Origin: an uncultured Methanosarcinales archaeon
Lineage (GTDB): Archaea; Nanobdellota; Nanobdellia; Woesearchaeales; JACPIF01
Length of the DNA: 64,000 bases
Reading direction: 5' to 3'
NCBI GenBank assembly: GCA_964602245.1
Contig: CAZRPY010000005.1
Coordinates: forward strand, 6,176-70,175
The stretch's first letter is position 1, and each line of letters opens with the position of its first letter. Shown piece after piece: positions 60,956 through 64,000 of this stretch. The position numbers and the translations under genes were made by a program. Under the pieces are notes generated by a model. The model had not been told where the DNA came from. It worked only from the letters and a program-made list of their open reading frames with translations, and made no database searches.

Positions 60956-62047
60956 TCACTCTTTCCTCATATAAACAGTTCTTGTTGGGAAAGGTATGCC
61001 AATCTTATGCTTATTTAATGTTTCATATATTGCAGTATTAATCTGATCCTCTGCCTTTAATGTGTCCTTAAAATTCTTTATCCATACCTGCAGCCTAAAC
61101 TCAAGTGCAAAATCACCCATCTTGCTAAAATATATCTCTGCCTTAGGCTCTTTCATAATATGATCTAGCTTATTAATAGCCTCTAAAACTATCTTTTTTA
61201 CTTTCTCTGGAGCAGAGCCATATTCAACACCAAAATTCAATATAAGCCTTATTGTTGGATCAGGCAAAGCTAAATTAACTAAAGTAGCATTTGCAAGGCT
61301 TCCATTTGGAACTATAAGCATTTCATTTTTTATTGTCTTTATCTTAGTGCTTCTTAATCCTATATCTTCCACACTACCTACATCATTTCCTAGTTTAATG
61401 ACATCACCCACTTTAATATTCTTGTCTAAAATAAGAGAAACTCCTCCAAAAATATTTTTCAAGCTATCCTGCATTGCAAACCCTAGGACTACACCAACAA
61501 TTCCCAAGCTTGCAAGATAAGGAGCTATATTAATATCCCATTCATTTAAAATAAAACTCAAACTTATCAGTACAATAAACATTTTTAAGAATTTATGTGC
61601 AAGTGGCAATAAACTATCATCAATAGTACTTTTTGTCTTATCAGCAAACTTTTTTGCCCAGCTATCAATTATAATATTACCTATAACAATTATCATATAA
61701 GTTACATCAATTATAATTAGACTATTCAGAATAGTATGGGTTAGGTAATCTAGCCTGCCAGTTAATAATAAAGGGAGTGTAGCAAGCTTAATTCCAATAA
61801 TTATTAGCAAAATAGAAATTGGCCAGCTTGTTTTCCTAACAATTAAGTCATCTAGCTCTGTCTTTGTTTTTCTTGTCAATGCTAAAATTATCCTTTCTGT
61901 AAAATAAACAAAAAGCTTAGATATCACAAAGAAAATAATCAGGATTGCTAAAGATACAAAGTATTTATTACCCAAAGTAGGGTGTGCCTGCTCTAGTAGA
62001 GTTTTTAACCCTCCAATAATTCCTAGCCCCATAATAATTTCTATCAC
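60956..62047 (-). CDS. mscS: MscS-family mechanosensitive channel
   Basis: GFAMQDSLKNIFGG..VGD..IGLRSTKI..IPFPTRTV. Confidence 0.93.
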   Translation of the reverse strand: MIEIIMGLGIIGGLKTLLEQAHPTLGNKYFVSLAILIIFFVISKLFVYFTERIILALTRKTKTELDDLIVRKTSWPISILLIIIGIKLATLPLLLTGRLDYLTHTILNSLIIIDVTYMIIVIGNIIIDSWAKKFADKTKSTIDDSLLPLAHKFLKMFIVLISLSFILNEWDINIAPYLASLGIVGVVLGFAMQDSLKNIFGGVSLILDKNIKVGDVIKLGNDVGSVEDIGLRSTKIKTIKNEMLIVPNGSLANATLVNLALPDPTIRLILNFGVEYGSAPEKVKKIVLEAINKLDHIMKEPKAEIYFSKMGDFALEFRLQVWIKNFKDTLKAEDQINTAIYETLNKHKIGIPFPTRTVYMRKE

Positions 62048-62155
62048 CTCCTTTATTTTATAAATTTATCCCTCAATTATAGTACTAACATGATATTTTC
62101 TATTTTTTTAAGAATTTTTCATATATTCTCATATATAAAAGCAAAAAGTTAAGAA

Positions 62156-62683
62156 TTATTTCTTAATCTCCTTTACAACAATTGCGCATTTAGCAGGAAG
62201 CTTATACCTCATCCTGTTCATAGCCTTTAATCCTATCTCAAGATGCTGCTTTTCTATCTTTAATACTGCCAACACTTGCCCTTTTCTAATTTGTGCAGCA
62301 GTACCAATTGGAATGCCAAAGCTATGGCTCATTCCAGTGCTAAACCTGTCTGCTCCTGCTCCTGCTGCTATCTTATTCTCCCTTAATATATGATGTGGAT
62401 AAACCCTTAACTGAAAGAAATATCCAGTTGGCCCAAGTATCTTCTCCAGTAATCTGTTGCTTGTCTGCCTTGCACTTTCCAGAGCATTGCTTCTGATCTG
62501 TAAATCTGCCTTTGACACTAGGCTTATCTCATAATTATAACTCTTTTTATCACTACCCATTACATGCCTTACAATAACCTTGGCAGGGTCTGCCCTAACA
62601 TAAGATTTCTTTTTGAACTTTGATATTCTTGTGTAGGGCCTTTCCAGCCTTCTGTAAGCAACAAATGATCTTAGCCTTGCCAT
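62156..62683 (-). CDS. rpl10e: 50S ribosomal protein L10e (uL16)
   Basis: RVYPHHILRENK..GAGADRFSTGM. Confidence 0.96.
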   Translation of the reverse strand: MARLRSFVAYRRLERPYTRISKFKKKSYVRADPAKVIVRHVMGSDKKSYNYEISLVSKADLQIRSNALESARQTSNRLLEKILGPTGYFFQLRVYPHHILRENKIAAGAGADRFSTGMSHSFGIPIGTAAQIRKGQVLAVLKIEKQHLEIGLKAMNRMRYKLPAKCAIVVKEIKK

Positions 62684-62827
62684 TTTACAGCCTCTTTAGC
62701 CTATTCTCCCATTATTTGCATATAATAAAAATTCTTAGATAAATCTGTAACTCCCCTTTGTAATTAGTATTTCTTTATAAAACTTACGCATCCACAGAAG
62801 TGCCACATACATGTGACAAATAGAAAG

Positions 62828-62878
62828 GTTGAGAAAACATAGTTTTCGAGACCTCTCGGAACGAATAGTTCCGAAAGG
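62828..62878. repeat. twin-hairpin unit
   Basis: GAAAAC-ATA-GTTTTC followed by TCGGAAC-GAATA-GTTCCGA, ~51 bp. Confidence 0.6.
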
Positions 62879-62949
62879 TATATATATTAGATATTTAAAT
62901 ATTAGACTATCTATAAATCAAATATAAGTCAAAAAAGAGGTGTACATTA

Positions 62950-63540
62950 ATGCGCTATAAGCGTTCTAGGAAAGGTTCTCTGAGCTTATCTATGGAAGCA
63001 ATTGTCATACTTATTTTAGCCATAACATTGCTTGGCTTAGGCTTAAGCTTTATGAGAGGACTGTTTAAAGATATTGGCGGCAAGGTAAAAGAGGCTGTTG
63101 ACACTCAATCATTAGTAAATCCTCCAACAAGTGACAATCCTATTACTACTGCACCGAGTAGTTTGGGTTTTAGACAAGGCGAAGACGAGGAGATAGTTGT
63201 TGCATTCTTAAATGTCCTCACAGGCGATGCTAACTGCAATCTCAGGCTAACTGAAGCTGGCAGTAATCGTGAATGCCTTGGAGATGGCCAGACAAGTTGT
63301 GATATCCCAATAGTATTTTCTAGGGCAAAGCTTAATATGAAGAAAGACCAGATTAATACATGGACAATCGCATTATCACCTAGATCAAACCAGCCACAGG
63401 TTGGCCAGACAGGCAAAACCTTTATTTATACTGCAAGAATGGAATGTGATGGTGTTGGCTCAAGAGTTCCTGGCTATGATCCCACAGATCCGCAAGATTC
63501 ATCATATTCAAAGGATATAGTAGTAATAGTTAAACCATAG
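62950..63540 (+). CDS. class III signal peptide (archaeal pilin-like) protein
   Basis: RKG/SLSLSMEAIVILILAI. Confidence 0.8.
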   Translation: MRYKRSRKGSLSLSMEAIVILILAITLLGLGLSFMRGLFKDIGGKVKEAVDTQSLVNPPTSDNPITTAPSSLGFRQGEDEEIVVAFLNVLTGDANCNLRLTEAGSNRECLGDGQTSCDIPIVFSRAKLNMKKDQINTWTIALSPRSNQPQVGQTGKTFIYTARMECDGVGSRVPGYDPTDPQDSSYSKDIVVIVKP

Positions 63541-63570
63541 AAAGTAAAATAAATACTAAAACAATAAAAA

Positions 63571-63674
63571 CTTGCATAACGAGCCTCGAACACGAGGCTA
63601 TACACAGAGTCCGCTCATCAGTAATGTAAAGTGCACTAGCGGACAGATATAGCAAAGTGTGAAATAAGTGCAAA
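63571..63674 (+). repeat. structured repeat family 1, copy F
   Basis: TTGCATAAC-GAGCCTCG/CGAGGCT-GTCCGCT/AGCGGAC-TGCAAA. Confidence 0.88.
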
Positions 63675-63708
63675 TTATAATAAATCAAAAGAACATACAA
63701 ATTAACTA

Positions 63709-63927
63709 TTGAAAATGAAGAAAAGACTAACACAAAGCGAGGAATTTGAAATAATGAAACTAGTCCTAGATAAATTCCTTTGGCTAGGCTTTGGTGTGAT
63801 GGGCTTTGGGCTTTACAAAATGTTTACTGACACCTTGCTAACAGGCATTGCCTGGCTTGTTGTAGGCATAATTATCCTGCTCTTGTTCATGGTTATTATA
63901 GTTAAGGAATATGAGGTAATAGGCTAA
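63709..63927 (+). CDS. small two-TM hypothetical protein
   Basis: EEFEIMKLVLDKFLWLG.. Confidence 0.75.
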   Translation: MKMKKRLTQSEEFEIMKLVLDKFLWLGFGVMGFGLYKMFTDTLLTGIAWLVVGIIILLLFMVIIVKEYEVIG

Positions 63928-63945
63928 TTCTTGAAAAATAAACTA

Positions 63946-64000
63946 GGTCGCAGACTAACCGCACTCTAGCTCAGTTCAGATTAGCATCGCAGATACAATA
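63946..64000. repeat. repeat family 2, partial copy cut by the window end
   Basis: GTCGCAGACTAA...AGCATCGCAGATA matches the start of 57846. Confidence 0.55.

Noticed and set aside
1225-63416. Many antisense ORFs in the track (e.g. 1225-1698, 14547-14909, 21018-21497, 63105-63416)
   Set aside because: They are shadows of well-supported genes on the opposite strand.
63571-63674. Hammerhead ribozyme (CTGATGAG on the minus strand of repeat copy F)
   Set aside because: No properly placed GAAA or stem II, and CTGATGA is not conserved across copies.

Overview
AT-rich archaeal chromosome segment, most consistent with a DPANN (Woesearchaeota-like) genome. It carries rpoF-rpl21e, sepF, ZPR1, a complete A-type ATP synthase operon (H-I-K-E-C-F-A-B-D), eIF2-gamma, rps6e, rpl10e, NOG1, and mtnP, apt and a bacterial-type metK. 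No rRNA, complete tRNA or CRISPR array was seen. Two unusual layers stand out. (1) A ~22.7 kb island (34007-56746) is bounded by a 9-bp direct repeat (GCATCAGAA) with an IS5/IS903-like DDE transposase at its left end. It carries a minimal conjugation-like module (pilin, VirB6-like, PrgI-like, and a VirB4 ATPase fused to a PD-(D/E)XK nuclease-like domain) with no recognisable relaxase, coupling protein or integrase. It also carries a truncated ArdC-like gene behind a long hairpin, an AbiE-like TA pair, a HEPN protein and a ~2100-aa S8 protease. (2) The intergenic space holds several families of small structured DNA elements: ~52-bp twin-hairpin units that insert without obvious target duplication (one splits hicA) and nest inside each other up to three levels deep, a MITE family with co-varying stems, and a six-copy junction-forming repeat that also sits inside the ATP synthase operon. 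All calls come from reading the sequence and motif recognition only; no database searches were run.
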